64,000 nt of DNA from Podarcis tiliguerta (taxonomy: Eukaryota). Location of the stretch: assembly GCA_965153285.1 (NCBI GenBank), contig OZ229116.1; one strand, written 5' to 3'. The notes beneath the pieces are model-generated. The model saw nothing but the letters and a program-made list of their open reading frames with translations, did no database searches and was not told where the DNA came from. Positions 40,131 through 52,964 of this stretch are shown piece after piece (within the stretch, counting starts at the first letter, position 1; the number at the start of each line of letters is the position of its first letter). Both the position numbers and the translations under genes were made by a program.

Positions 40131-42383
40131 CTGAAAGTGAAAGCAAAGAAGTCAAAGGTAAGATTAGGCCACCTTTTCATCTTCCACAGCACACCCAGCA
40201 CTCTGTTGTAGAGACAATCAAACAGAGGTTTAACCAAGTCAAGGATAGTCATCCATCACTGTGAAAAGCTGCAGTGTTTGTTGGCCAGTGAAGAACATGC
40301 ACTCAGATATTTGAGTGGAATGCTACAGCAATTTTATATTGCACGTTTGTGACAATGAATGCTAGAAACTAAGCCATGACTTAGCATGGAAAAGAAAATT
40401 TGTCGAAGAACTAGAAAGAAGAAAGTTAAATTCGCTGTTTCTTTATTTCTACAATCCATGGGCTAACTCATCCCCCTGCCCCTCTGGTAGGTAGAGAACG
40501 ATAAAAGGAAGTGGAAACCTATCAATGGGCTTGAACTGGCCACAACATTATTGAAAGAACATGAAAAATGGGCATGGGGGGGGAAAATTAAGCTATTATG
40601 AGGAAAATCAGGTGTAAGAAGGTTCCTGAGCTGAGTTACTAAAACACAGCTCCTTGTATCCCACCTTTATCCTGAATCATAGCCCATTCTCAAGCTGCTC
40701 CATTCTTGTGACCATTCTGCTTTTCCCCATTGCAATCAACATGAACTTTTTGCTCTCCCAACACAGGTGACATTTTCCAGTTCTGCACTGGTCCTTGTGC
40801 CATCTGGAGTGATCAACCTACCTTGGATCCTTTCCTCTTTACAAAGGTAAGCACAAGGTCTTAATATTTCTTACCACATTCCTGATAAAGTTTGCAGCCT
40901 CCTTCCACTAACTTAGCAAATCTCATTTTCCCTAAAGAGGTGGGACCTTCCTTTTGCAATGCTGAGCTTCCTGATAACCATGCCAAGCCACAGTCTTGAC
41001 CACAGCTGTTATCCTTTCTTCTGGTTCTGTCTGTCCCAGTGGGGATCAAAGCCCCTGACCAAACCCTCCTGGGCAGCATTTGCAGCCATGTTACTTCACC
41101 CCTTGGGAAGAATTGCCTAATGGTGCCCATTCCATTTGTGACCTTGATGGTCAAAAAGCTTGTAGAGGACATTCTGAATAAAGAGGAATACTAGAACCTA
41201 GGGATGCTGTTTATCTCTTCCCATAGAGATGGAAAGCCACATTCAGTGGATGGCATCTAAATCATACACAGAGTTGGAACCACTGCAATGGAACTGACTA
41301 ACCTAAGATTATTGATTTAAATCAGTTTAAGTTTAATATGACTTAGTTGGATACAGTGTTTTGAGATTTCTACCATCCTAGTGCAAAATGTTCTAACTGT
41401 TAAGCCATGTTTTATGACACGGTAGGCTACTATTTTCAGAATAAAAGTATCCTGCTGCATGTATACTATATCCACTAACTGCAGTTTAGCGTGTGCCAGG
41501 TTCATGATGATTTCCTGCAAATTACATTAATTTCATGTTACAAGTTAGGAAAATTAAAGTGGTTAGATGCTTTTTATGAAGTTCCCTGCTGAGTTATGTA
41601 AGAACGAGCGAGTTCATCTATCTTCCTGGATAGGCAAGCACTAGACTGAAACAAAAGAGAAAGGGAGGTTTCTTCCCGCTCTGAGCAGAGCCAATAGAAA
41701 CTAGAATATAGCTGTACCTACATTTCCCAATCTGCCTTGAGGTCTAAAAGGGGGGAAAGGCATTATGTTTTCTTAAAGGGGCATAATTATTCCTTCTACC
41801 TAATACTAATACACAAATTTGCTATCACTAAATAACTGACCCTTGTGGGGGCAGAACAATGCTAATACTTACAACATACTTTGGTTGTTAATCTGGTATA
41901 GTCTGGTACCTTTTCACAAATTATGACACTGAATATTATTACTACAACTATGAGCAACTTATGATTTGGGTTGCATCTGACTGAAGTCATATTGAATACT
42001 GGACCCATTAAAATCAATGGATAGTACTATTATCCCCACATAGCACTGGAGACACAGATACCAGCCTACATAAAGGCCATCTAACCATGGCTGGGCAAGA
42101 TTTGAGCCAGAAACTCACATGTGACACTCTCAGTCATTGCAGCACACTGGATTTCAGCATTAATAGCTACTAGAATCCTTCAGGAAATTGTGCTCATGTC
42201 ACAATTCTATTACTTTCCCCATATTTTCCAACACTGGCAAGAGATCACTGTGGGATAAGGTGAGGATATCATCAATATGCTGATGACGTAAAACAGATCA
42301 AGGTGAACCATTTTTCAAAACTTGCTTTTGACTATGACTGTTATTGATAATGGTATTGTATATTTTATGGGGTGGGGTTAGAG

Positions 42384-42569
42384 CAGTGGTAGTCAACCTT
42401 TTTATACCTACCACCCACTAATGAATCTTTCTTGATGGTAAAATTTCCTTACGGCCCACCAGTGCTCGATGGAAGGAGGATTCAGCTTGTGCCATAGAAC
42501 CCCCTACTGCCCACCTAGAATTCTGAAATGCCCATTAGTGGGCGGTAGGGACTAGGTTGACAACCCCTG
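42384..42569. mobile_element. hAT MITE
   Basis: CAGTGGTAGTCAACCT...AGGTTGACAACCCCTG TIRs. TSD ggttagag/ccttagag (6/8). Confidence 0.8.
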
Positions 42570-42799
42570 CCTTAGAGGTTCTATTTATAGTTAATTAGTA
42601 TACAATTTTTGTTAAATAAAATAACATTGGTTGGGGGGGAATCTTACTCTGTGTTTGGAATTAACAGAGTGATGGATGAATGACATAAATGGATTGGTTT
42701 AACCTTTGCCTAGTATTTTATAACTAAAAGTAATGGGAAACTCACAAAGACTTAACAAAACATGATGATATTCCCTGTCCACAATGCTGGCATCATTTA

Positions 42800-44089
42800 C
42801 CATATTTTTCGCTCTATAGGACACACTTTTTCCCCTCCAAAAATGAAGGGGAAATGTGTGTGCGTCCTATGGGGCGAATGCAGGCTTTCGCTGAAGCCTG
42901 GAGAGCGAGAGGGGTCTGTGCGCACTGACCCCTCTCCCTCTCCAGGCTTCAGGAAGCTATCCGCAAGCCCTGGGAGCCCGCGGGAGACCCCCCCGGGCTC
43001 CCCCGGCTTGCGCAGAGCTGCCTGCACCTCGAAGCCCGGGCGCGCTGAGCAGTCGCGCCGGGGCTTCGGGTAGCTGTGCGCAAGCCGCGGGAGGGCTCCC
43101 CCGGCTTGCGCAGAGCTGCCTCTTATCCCAAAGCTACCCGAAGAGACTGCTCAGCGCGCTGGGGCGTCGGGATAAGAGGCAGCACTGCGCAAGCCGCGGG
43201 AGGGCTCCCCCGGCTTGCACAGAGCTGCCTCTTATCCCGAAGCCCCGGCACGCTTGGGTAGCTCTTGGCAAGGCGCTGGAGCCCGCATTTGGGCTCCAGC
43301 GGCTTGCGGAGAGTTGCCTGTTCTGTGGGCTGGGGTTGGGGGAAGCTCGAGCTTCCCCCGCCCCAGCCCCGCGCCTGGGGGAAAAATAATTTTTCTTCCC
43401 TTTATTTCCCCCCCAAAAAACTAGGCGCGCCTTGGCTCCGCGGCAACGCGCCAGTCCTGGAAGCCGGAGGAGGAACTGAAGGGTCTCCTTCTGTTCCTTC
43501 CCCAGCTTCGCTGAAGGGCGCTGCACCTTCTCCCTCTCTGCGCACCGCCTCTCCTGTGAAGGAGAGGCGCTGCGCAGAGAGAGAGAAGGCGTAGCGCCCC
43601 TTGAGCGACGCGCCTGTCGTGCGAAGCTGGAGGAGGAACAGAAGGGACTCTTTCTGTTCCTCCTCCCGCTTGGCAGCAACACGCCTGTCCAGCGAAGCCT
43701 GAGGAGGAACAGAAGGGTCTCCTTCTGTTCCTTCTCTAGCTTCGCTGAAGGGCGCTGTGCCTTCTCCCTCTCTGCGCACCGCCTCTCCTGTGAAGGAGGG
43801 GCGCTGCATAGAGAGAGAGAAGGCGCATTGCCCCTTCAGCGACGCGTCTGTCCTGGCTTCTGCTTTAGCCCTGTGCAGCTTCTTTGGGCAGGGGGAGCCT
43901 TCATCCCGCTGCCCTGAAGAGGCTTGGCACGGTTACCCCAGCAGCCAGAACAGTCACACGGTATCCCAGAAGCCAGATCCCTCTTGCTCTTCTGACTTCT
44001 GGGGTTCAGAATATTTTTTTCTTGTTTTCCGCCTCCCAAAACTAGGTACGCCCTATGGTCCGGTGCGCCCTACGGTGCGAAAAATACGG
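42800..44089. mobile_element. GC/CpG-rich non-autonomous Tc1/mariner (Tc2/pogo-like) element, composite
   Basis: TA|CCATATTTTTCGC...GCGAAAAATACGG|TA. Internal palindromes and tandem units, no transposase. Confidence 0.88.
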
Positions 44090-44520
44090 TAAGTTGTTAC
44101 ATCTTCTGTAAACCCAGGAACAAAACAGAAATATCCTATTAGCTAAATGTGGAAACAGCAAAGAGGATGTGAACTTAAAGGATGTGTTCGCTGGGATGCT
44201 TTCTGCATGAAATATAAAGCACAGTGTCCCCAAAACAAATACAATTTTAAAAGGCTGATTTTGAGCTTTCAAAAACAGCATTATAGAAAGCTGTCCTTTT
44301 TCAAAAAAATCTTTACAATCAAAGGGTGAGGAATACATACTAAGCAATGAGGCATGATGCTGCTGTATTTCTATAATGCACTTGGTAATTCGTAATTAAA
44401 GCTGCATTGTAAACAATGCCAAAATTTGGCTAGCTTTCTTGCTTTTCACCATAAATAGTAGACTAATGAGTCTGACATTCTCAAGGAGCATTTCACATTT
44501 CTTCCAGATTTTTACTAATG

Positions 44521-45193
44521 TGTGCTTTGAATATATTGGATTGTAGCACTAAGTTAAAGTCACTTAATGGTACAATTGATCTGCTGGCAACTTGATTGCA
44601 CAATAGATTAGGAGGGACAGTGGCAGGAGAGGCTGTGCCCATTCCACCTTTAGCTTATTTAAGGGGGTGGCTAGGTGCAGGCTGCCCTATTTGCTGACCA
44701 TCACAGGATTTTTCACCCACCCCAGTATGTTAGTGGTCTGCCCAGGGGGGAAGCAGACGTGTGGCATACAGTCTTTGCTATGCTTTGCTTGGTCGTCATT
44801 TTGGGGGCAGGGAGGAATTTTCTTCTGCAAGCAATTTGGCATGTTTTCACCTACCTCACAGTAACTGTTACAACTTTGGGGGGATAAGGCATTGGGCTGG
44901 AGGATACACTGCTAAAGGGGTCTGGGAGGGGTGACTCTGTCCAGGAATCCACACAGGGACTGATGGGCCAATACACTCTTCAAATGGCAGCCTGTGTGGG
45001 GTTGTGGCACAGTACAGTGTCAAACCCACTAGGCTCCTGTCAGATAGTAGGTGTGTTGCCTGATGCTGGATACATGCCCAATGCCTAAGCCAAACCTACC
45101 CTTTCCTGTAATCAATAAAGTTGTGGCCTAATTCAACCCAATACCAGTCTCCTGTGCTCATTCTTTCAGCCTTCCCTGTACCAGTTGAGGACA
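44521..45193 (+). mobile_element. solo LTR (related to LTR B)
   Basis: TGTGCT...AGGACA termini, 5-bp TSD TAATG, TATTTAA box, AATAAAGTTGTGGCC at 45114-45128. Shares TTGCTATGC..GGTCGTC with LTR B. Confidence 0.8.
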
Positions 45194-46084
45194 TAATGTG
45201 CCTATGGCGGCAATCCTCTGTTGTGCAGCAGTAAATCTCACGTTTCCAAAAACCTGCATGTGAACCAAACACATGGAATTTAATCTGGAATAAACTCCTC
45301 TCTGAATTCTTTTATGAAATGTATCACAAAAATACAAGTTTATTATTGGCTGGCAATTCCCAATGAGCCAAGATTTTTTCCTTAGAACTGTACCTGAGCA
45401 AGACTTCCTCTATCACTGAAGATTATAAAACTAGATTTAGTGTTATTTTATGTTCAGTTTGTAACTAAAGTTTTATGTCCAAGCGGGCAAACATGACTGG
45501 TCAAATGTGCAGGCGGCTGCTTTTATAGCATGGGCTTCTCACTTGTCAGGATCTATATATATTTTCCCCCTGTCAGAACTTACCTTACAATGGAGAAAGA
45601 TTGCCAGACATACCCAGGTTAATGTTAGAGCTACTGGCCAATAAAATATTCTGTCAGTAACTGCACATGAACCCACATTTGAATTCTCTGTTCTTGATTA
45701 AACATATAGGTATAAGTGCAGGTGAACCGGAATTTGCTCTTTTATGAAGTAAAGTCTGACAGAAAATGTAAAATGCTCTGGCATGCTGCTCAATGCAATC
45801 CTGAGACACATGCTCAAACACTTTTACAGAGAACAGGATTTCACAGCAGTACTTATTGCAGGAACAAGACATCACATGTAATAATTTATCCTTTACTCAC
45901 ATGCTATAAGGAAGCACTAAAAATGAATATATGGTCGCTGTCCCTTGCCCCATTTTCTTCCCTGTAGATAAGCTGTCCTGGCATCAGATGTCTCTCACTT
46001 TGAGGGTTTGCAAGTTATAACAGAAGCATAAAACAGGAAGCTTCTTCTTCATAACATGCAAAAGTCTAGGACTCAGACCAGCGC

Positions 46085-46452
46085 CACACAATTCAAAGGG
46101 TTGGTGCTGACCTTCAAAGGCCTCATATACCTGAAGGAGTGCTGCCACCCCATCATTCAGCCCAGACACTGAGGTCCAGCGCCGAGGGCCTTCTGGTGGT
46201 TCCCTCACTGCGAGAAGTGAGGTTACCAGGCAGAGGGCCTTCTCAGCAGTGCCGCCCTCCCTGTGGAACACCGTCCCATCAGATGTCAAGAAGAAAAATA
46301 ACTATACAACTTTTAGAAGACCTCTGAAGGCAGACCTGTATTGAGAAGTTTAAATGTTTGATGTTTTAATATGTGTTGCAAGCTGCCCAGAGTGGCTGGA
46401 ACAGCCCAGCCAGATGGGTGGTGTATAAATAATAAAATTATTATTATTATTA
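46085..46452 (+). mobile_element. L2-like LINE 3' end
   Basis: Degenerate RAFS..AP.LWN coding remnant, stem-loop and (TTA)n tail. Confidence 0.82.
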
Positions 46453-47471
46453 AAGTAAATAGTCTTCATTCCTTCTCTTGTATATAACTCCACAATGTAT
46501 AACCACAACACATAGACAAATCCACTAGCATTCCCCCACCCACACCATAACTGTTGTTACAGCAACGCTTTCTGACGAAGATTAGGAATCAGAGGGAAGA
46601 AAGGTGTACAAATTCTGTCTCAGCACAGTCTGCTGTTACCAGGTGGCTGAGAAGCAGGAATGGCATCAGCTACCTGATATAATAAATGAAGTAAGTATGT
46701 GGCATAATTTCACCTGGGTAGTTTAGTATTCATAGCATATGCTAAGCTCTGCCAAACCACAAAGTTGAAATGCATACCTAATAAATATCCGTAGCACCCT
46801 TTATCACAACATATTGTTATGAGTTTGGGGGAGGGGTAGACTCTCCATAATCTCTAGACCCAGTAAAGAGCTAGAATTTGAGAAACTCATGAATTCATGA
46901 GGTAAGAAAAGTCTGGTTAATTAAAAGCCAAGTGCTGTTTAGGATCACAAGCCAAGGCAGCTTCACATAGCTAGCCAGAGAAAAGCCAAGCTGTTAACAT
47001 GTTGATGGCCCATGATGGCATCCATCAATCTCAAGAGACAATGGAGTGCACCCCATGGGGCTGCTATGTTAGGAGCACTCAAGTGACCTCCCCAGAGTAC
47101 AAGCAGTGTGTATAGTTACAGCAACAGCCTTTTTGTATGTGTATTAGCTAATACCTTAAATAACTGGACTAGCTACTGAGGGGCAGACTTTTACACTGAA
47201 GGAACTGTCCTCTCAATGTCCAATTCCCTACTGAATGAAGACTACAATGCATCAACCTAGTTATCGGCTTGGCTTGGCTTTGCATGCAGCTCTGCCTGAT
47301 TTTTAGTTTACTTTTTTCTAGTTCTCAGACAAAATAGCAACAGAACTGAGTGTTCATCTTGTTATTTAAGCATCAGTACACGAGCCTCAAATTTTGTTGT
47401 CTTCCCTGCCCCTGTTTACTTGATCTAATATCCTTCAGACAAGGGAAACATATTGGAGTTCTTGCTTTTAC

Positions 47472-47582
47472 CTTTGCTTCAATCTGTTTAGTATCTGGAT
47501 TTTGGAACAAGAATTTGATTTTGCTCTTGCCATCATCTGAAGACCCTTTAAGCTGGGAAAACTTGTACCGCCATAGTACAGC
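47472..47582 (-). CDS. SNTG1: gamma-1-syntrophin, penultimate coding exon
   Basis: 111 bp, phase 0/0, tttag|...|gtaaa. Translates AVLWRYKFSQLKGSSDDGKSKIKFLFQNPDTKQIEAK, matching recalled SNTG1. Confidence 0.97.
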
Positions 47583-47587
47583 CTAAA

Positions 47588-47624
47588 GGGGGGGGGGGGG
47601 GGGGAAAGAAGAAGAAGAAGAAGA
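47588..47624 (-). repeat. C17 plus (CTT)n forming the polypyrimidine tract of an SNTG1 acceptor
   Basis: The plus strand reads G17 followed by (GAA)n immediately beside the exon boundary at 47582. Confidence 0.85.
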
Positions 47625-50600
47625 AAACATACACAGGAACATCAGCACACAAAATATAAGCAGAGAAAAAGTCCTTCTAGAGAACTTTATAACGTACCAA
47701 TGATAATAAAATTAAACAAGAGCAGTGTTCTCTGCTCCAAAGTCTCTTTGATCATAAAACTGCATCACATTTTGACAGTGTCTGGTTCAGAGCACTCAGG
47801 CTGCATTTGTGAAATGTTCGTTGAAATCCTTTTAGCTCAGGCTGAACCTGGTTAACAGCAAAAGATAGAAGTAAAGTGAAGACCCCAATTTACACTATGT
47901 CAAATATGTGGTAAATAAGCCAGACTTCATCTCCTGTCCTGAGTACCTATTTATTGCAGATTAACTCATTTTCCTAGTGCAAAGTTAGTGTTCTGATAAC
48001 TTCCATTTCAATAAAATTGGCCAAATGGGCTGATTAATGTTATGTAATGGAGCAGGGTTTCCAAATGGCTTCCTACCTGAGGGGGAAAACATAGGACTAT
48101 CATCTTGTGCTTTAGAACTTCCTTCTACCCATCATGATCAAACTATATCTGTATGCCCATTTTTAGGTGAGACAAATACACCAATAAGATTGCCACACAT
48201 GGTACTTTGGCTTCATTCAGCTCTAGCGAAAGCAAAGAAACCATCTGTAATTCCAAAACTGTAACCTGGAGCAATGGATCCAACTGCCTTTAGAGAAATT
48301 GTTCCCCAAAGAATGATGAAATATTACAAACTACCTATCAAGCAAATGCTTTGAAGCATCATCTACAAATCCTAACACCAAAAATTACAGCCTATTATTA
48401 TTATTACTGCTACTTATTTAAGGTTACAACAATCTGAAATACAATATTAAAAACCATTTAAAAACTTACAATGACAAAGAATACAGACATAAAAAATAGG
48501 GTAGGCTCTAAAAATACACATCTCAAGTGTCAAAGGTCAGGGGAAAGATGTAGCCATTCAGCATTCACTGAATACGGGATGTGAATAAATGGTCGTCTTT
48601 AAGTTTTCGCGATGTAAACATGGGCTGCTATATGTAAGCCTTATGAAGATATTCAAATGTGAATATCTAAGCACATTCAATTCAAGGTCTCTCTGGAGTC
48701 TGGTTGTGCAGAACTGTATGCATTTAGGCTTTCTTAATGCTCTTTAAGTCAGGATGGGGCCTGCCACCATGATCCTGCTCCACACTCCATTTTGTACATA
48801 ATTTGAATATTTGCATAGGGCTACTGTTAACTGGTCACCAGCCAAAATGTACTCTTATTTGCTTGAATTGTTTGGAATTAGTAAGACCAAGATACTGTCC
48901 CAAACTCTGCCCATTTTGAGGGTCGTGATGGAGTCACACAACATAGTGGAGCTATGGGTCAAGAGTGCTTGTTTTTCTGGCAAAGTGGCAGGTCTGTGGG
49001 AGTACTTATTCATGTGAATGTCTCAGCATCATGTACACTTGGTACAATAGTGTAGCATCCAAGCTTTTTACAGCAGTCTAGCATTCCATTCTGGGTGTCA
49101 GGATTCCCTCACACAGGTTCACTCAGTTCTTAAAACAACAGTTTAAAACTAAATGTTAGAACATATTATAATGTAATATACAATGAGTGCATTGGGATCT
49201 CAGGGCTGGGGAGCTCAAGTTCATAAATGCACATTTATGGCCAAAAATTATAATGTTTCCAATAGCCAGTATAAGTTTGGCTTTTCAAAAGTAACAGGTA
49301 TTGCTGCTCAGCATCAGAGAAATATAATGGTTCTATAATGGTGGACAATTTTATAATTGTTTGTATTGTAGTTCTTTTTTCAGTTTAATTGAAGCCTCCC
49401 TGAAAATACTGTTGTATTTACATACAGGGTTTACATTTAGCAAAAAAAATAGAAGATTCCCCCCCCACACACACATTAATGTGGAAAATACTAATAGAGA
49501 TAATGCTCTGTAATCCTTATTTGTAATCCTCCAGGTCACTATTAACCCCAAAGTGAAGAAGCAGATACTGAGGGTGAGATATTTAACTTGGGTATAAAAT
49601 TGCTATGCTGAGACAGACCATCTGGTTCATCATTCTGTCTCTAGCTATGGACAAATGCCTAAGGGAAGCTTACATGAAGGGCAAGATGGTGACAACCATG
49701 TTAATCTGAAGAAATAAACATCCACTGATTGATCTTTGAAAACTAATCTAGCATTCTGGGCCATAACTGCAATCAATTTCAGTGGGTTAAATTAAGCATT
49801 TTAACCAGTCATCTCCAGCCTTTCATTCGCTTTACCCCTGCCTCTAGACTACCGATAAGCTTCATTTCAGCAATGACACATTGTGCAACTTCCCATTCTC
49901 AGATTTTAACAAAAGAACAAAAACAGTTCCAACTAAATGCCTGGGATATAGAGCAAAATCTTGAAAAGATTGTAATGTTGGCACTAGGTGTGGCTCCTTA
50001 GAGAGGGATTCCAAAGTCAAAGAGCCACAACAGCTTCTTTGCAGCTGTGTATTATATCTCTGTTCAAGAAATTTCTTGGCTATGGACCTCTACAGAAGAT
50101 TTTTAGACACAATAAGATTGCTATAAGAAGACTAAGCTTATTAATCAAGGCTGGGTGGGAAATCTCTGTCCTGTGGGCCTAATTAGGCTCAGCATGAGTC
50201 CCAATTTAGACTGCAATGCTGCTTTCTCTAAACCATGACCACTTGCCCCACACCTGATAGTCTCATTTGTTGATGCACTTTCATTACCCTTCGAAGGCAC
50301 TTGATGCAAGATCCTAATTGTCCATTTGCAGATGCTGTTTGGGCACAGGACACCTGCACAACATTGTAGCAAGGATCATGGACTTAGAAGGACTATAGTG
50401 ATGTGGGAGGGGAGCTAAAGCAAGGGGAGAGGGTTTGCCTGGTGCCTGCCTTCACATCTTCACATCCAGCAGAGACCTTTTTGTTTTCCTAGACCTGCTT
50501 TAGCTTCTCAGTTGGCCTTCATTTCTATCAAATGATTTCTTGCTGCTTTTATCTAGCTATCATTATTATTTCTGCTATTGCCTGCTGGTTTTTTAAAACA

Positions 50601-51227
50601 AGTTTTTGGGGGGTTTTTTGTATTCTGTTTACATAAGCTGCCCTGGAAGCTTTGTTGAAAGGAGGGTTACAAATGCACATGTTCAGAAGGTCAAAAGTGA
50701 GCAGGAAAAAAACCAAAGCACAAAACCGCTACAAACCATGCAATGGCGGCCATCCAGGCACCAGCAAACAAAATGTACAGTAGTTGCAAGAAAAAGTTAA
50801 TAAGCACCCTCCCTCTCTAACTTTTCTGTGGTCTTTTGATCATCACAAAACTTCTCATTTTCCAGTCCAAATTCCAGGATAATGCAGTATTCAAGAACTG
50901 CTTCTCAGCAAAATGAAAATAATGGGAACTATCAATATGCACTTGTTAGGAAACATTATTAATTTGACATTTCATACTACAACTGGCTGAACATATTTTA
51001 CCCTATGTCAGGAAACCTGAACTTCCTACCTAATTTGTTGATTCTCACAGGCCTGGTCTGAAATGGTTTAGCATTAACTGCCTGAGCTCTGGACTTGTGT
51101 GCTCCTCATTTCCTCTTCTCGTATGGCTGCAAGGAGGAAATTGGAAACTTTGGTTTCCATTCTGATTTACCCACAGTGTATTGTTACATCCAAACTTTAA
51201 AGAGGTTCAGCTGAACCGTAATGTAGA

Positions 51228-51348
51228 GTTGGGGTGGCCAACCTGTAGCTCTGCAGTTGTTGTTGCACTATAACTCCCACCAGATCCAGACACTGTGGAC
51301 AAGGCTGATGGGAGTTGTAGTTCAACAGCATCTGGGGGGCTACAGGCT
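51228..51348. mobile_element. palindromic hAT MITE, degenerate
   Basis: actataactccca...tgggagttgtagt fold-back. Confidence 0.7.
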
Positions 51349-52049
51349 TAGGAAAATAAACCAACTTCCTAAACCATGGGTTTGTTGGGATTTGGTTAGT
51401 TAAACTCTGGTTAGTTAAAAATAGAAGTGAAAACTACTGCTCTCCTTGTGCCTGCACTAGAGGAAATCAGAGGGCAGGGTGGCTAATGAAGCCCAGGCTC
51501 ATTCCTACAACACTCAATTATAGTTTTGCATTACATCCAAATGAGGCCGACATAGCTCTTGTTAGAAACATCTGTTCCTCTTGATTTTATTAGAGGATAA
51601 ATTTAATTGGGAAAGAAAACCCTCTAAAAGTATCACATTCTTATTGCTCTTGACATGGTATCATGCAAACACACTGTTCCAAGATGGGCTTAATACATCC
51701 TTCCTTGAATTCACTTTTGTTACAAAGCTTTGCTACTTAGCAGAGCTTGGAATTGGCACTCTGGGAAATAGGCAGTGTATCAGCCATCCCATCATGCCAG
51801 CTCGTTTCAACCAAAATGAAAGCTACCCTCAAGTGTGCCAGGTGCTGGGTTTGGAGTGGTGAAGAATCCTGATTACTTCTTAGGCACTTGCTTTTTTCCT
51901 TGGTTGGCACAAGTGATTTAATTTTAATTGGAAGCTGCAGAGTTAGCTTCATTGCCAGCTAATAATGACCCGATTTCAGAAAACATGGAAGCTGCTAAAG
52001 CCATCTGGCTTTGTGGTTTGAGGAATTTCAAAACCAAGAATATCCCTGT

Positions 52050-52362
52050 TGGAGAACACCAAGGATCCATCGAGTCCAGCATCCTGCTTCTAGAAGTGAT
52101 CAGCCGGATGCTATCGGGAATTCTACAAATATGTCAAGAAGGCATCTGTCCTCTTGTTTGCCCCACAACAAATAATATTCAGAGACAAGCTGCCTCTGAA
52201 TTTGAAGATACAGTTTAGCTGCCATGGTTAATAGTCATTCATAGGCATATCCTCTGTGAATTAATTTTTATTACCCTCTGAAGCCCCCTGTCTTACATCT
52301 AGTGGCAGCAACTTCCATTCAGTTAACTATGTGATGTGAAAAGGACTTTCTTTTGCTTGTCT
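52050..52362 (-). mobile_element. CR1 LINE 3' region, degenerate
   Basis: ccatcgagtccagcatcctg...ttccattcagttaactatg resembles the reverse complement of a squamate CR1 3' end. Confidence 0.6.
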
Positions 52363-52364
52363 TT

Positions 52365-52962
52365 TGTGGTAGAGAATCAAGTTTGCCTGCAGAAGGTCAT
52401 GGGTTCAATCTCTGGCAACTCCAGGTAGGGCTGGAGAAGATTGCCTGCCTGAAACCCTGGACTTCCACTGCCAATCTGTTACGATATAGAAGCAATGCTG
52501 CTGAGAGCTGATTGCTTGAAAACAACACCACATGATGTTGGGAGTGTCTGTGGGAAACAGAGGGCACCGGAATTAGCTCAGAGTGTAATATGAGCTGTAC
52601 AGGAAGTGTTTGTTCAGTCGTCTGCTGGAGTTTGCAGAGAGCAGACATGTTTTTTGTAACACTGCAAAGACAGAAATAAAGCCATGTAAATACGTTTCTG
52701 TCTATCTCTTTCCCCTGCCGGGGGGGGGGGGGCAGGAAAGAGGGGTGTGTTCTTCTCATGCTGAGAAGGATCGCCTATCGCGACCTCTGCCTGGATCCTG
52801 CCGGGAGAGCAGACCGGGAGGTCAACAGGAGACCAAGCCGGGTGCCTGGGAGAGTTGCCAGTTTCTCCTGATAAAGGCTTGGAATCCAACACAATCAGTG
52901 CCAAGATTACTAAGCAAAATGGACCAATAATCTGACTTGATATAAGGTAGCATTTTATGTTT
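52365..52962 (+). mobile_element. Squam3-like SINE split by a solo LTR
   Basis: gtggtagag...gggttcaatc...gaaaccctgga..ctgccaatc [LTR] caatcagtg...atggaccaat...tataagg. Confidence 0.75.
52477..52891 (+). mobile_element. solo LTR (415 bp)
   Basis: TGTT...AACA termini, perfect 5-bp TSD CAATC (52472-52476 and 52892-52896), AATAAA at 52675-52680. Confidence 0.85.
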
Positions 52963-52964
52963 AT

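Noticed and set aside
42762-44092. Long GC-rich ORFs (up to 182 aa) suggesting a gene or CpG-island promoter
   Set aside because: They lie entirely within a TIR/TA-bounded MITE. The ORFs are by-products of GC-rich palindromes on both strands and have no transposase motifs.
47005-47110. Possible Vingi/RTE-related element end
   Set aside because: Too degenerate to assign a family or boundaries without a search.
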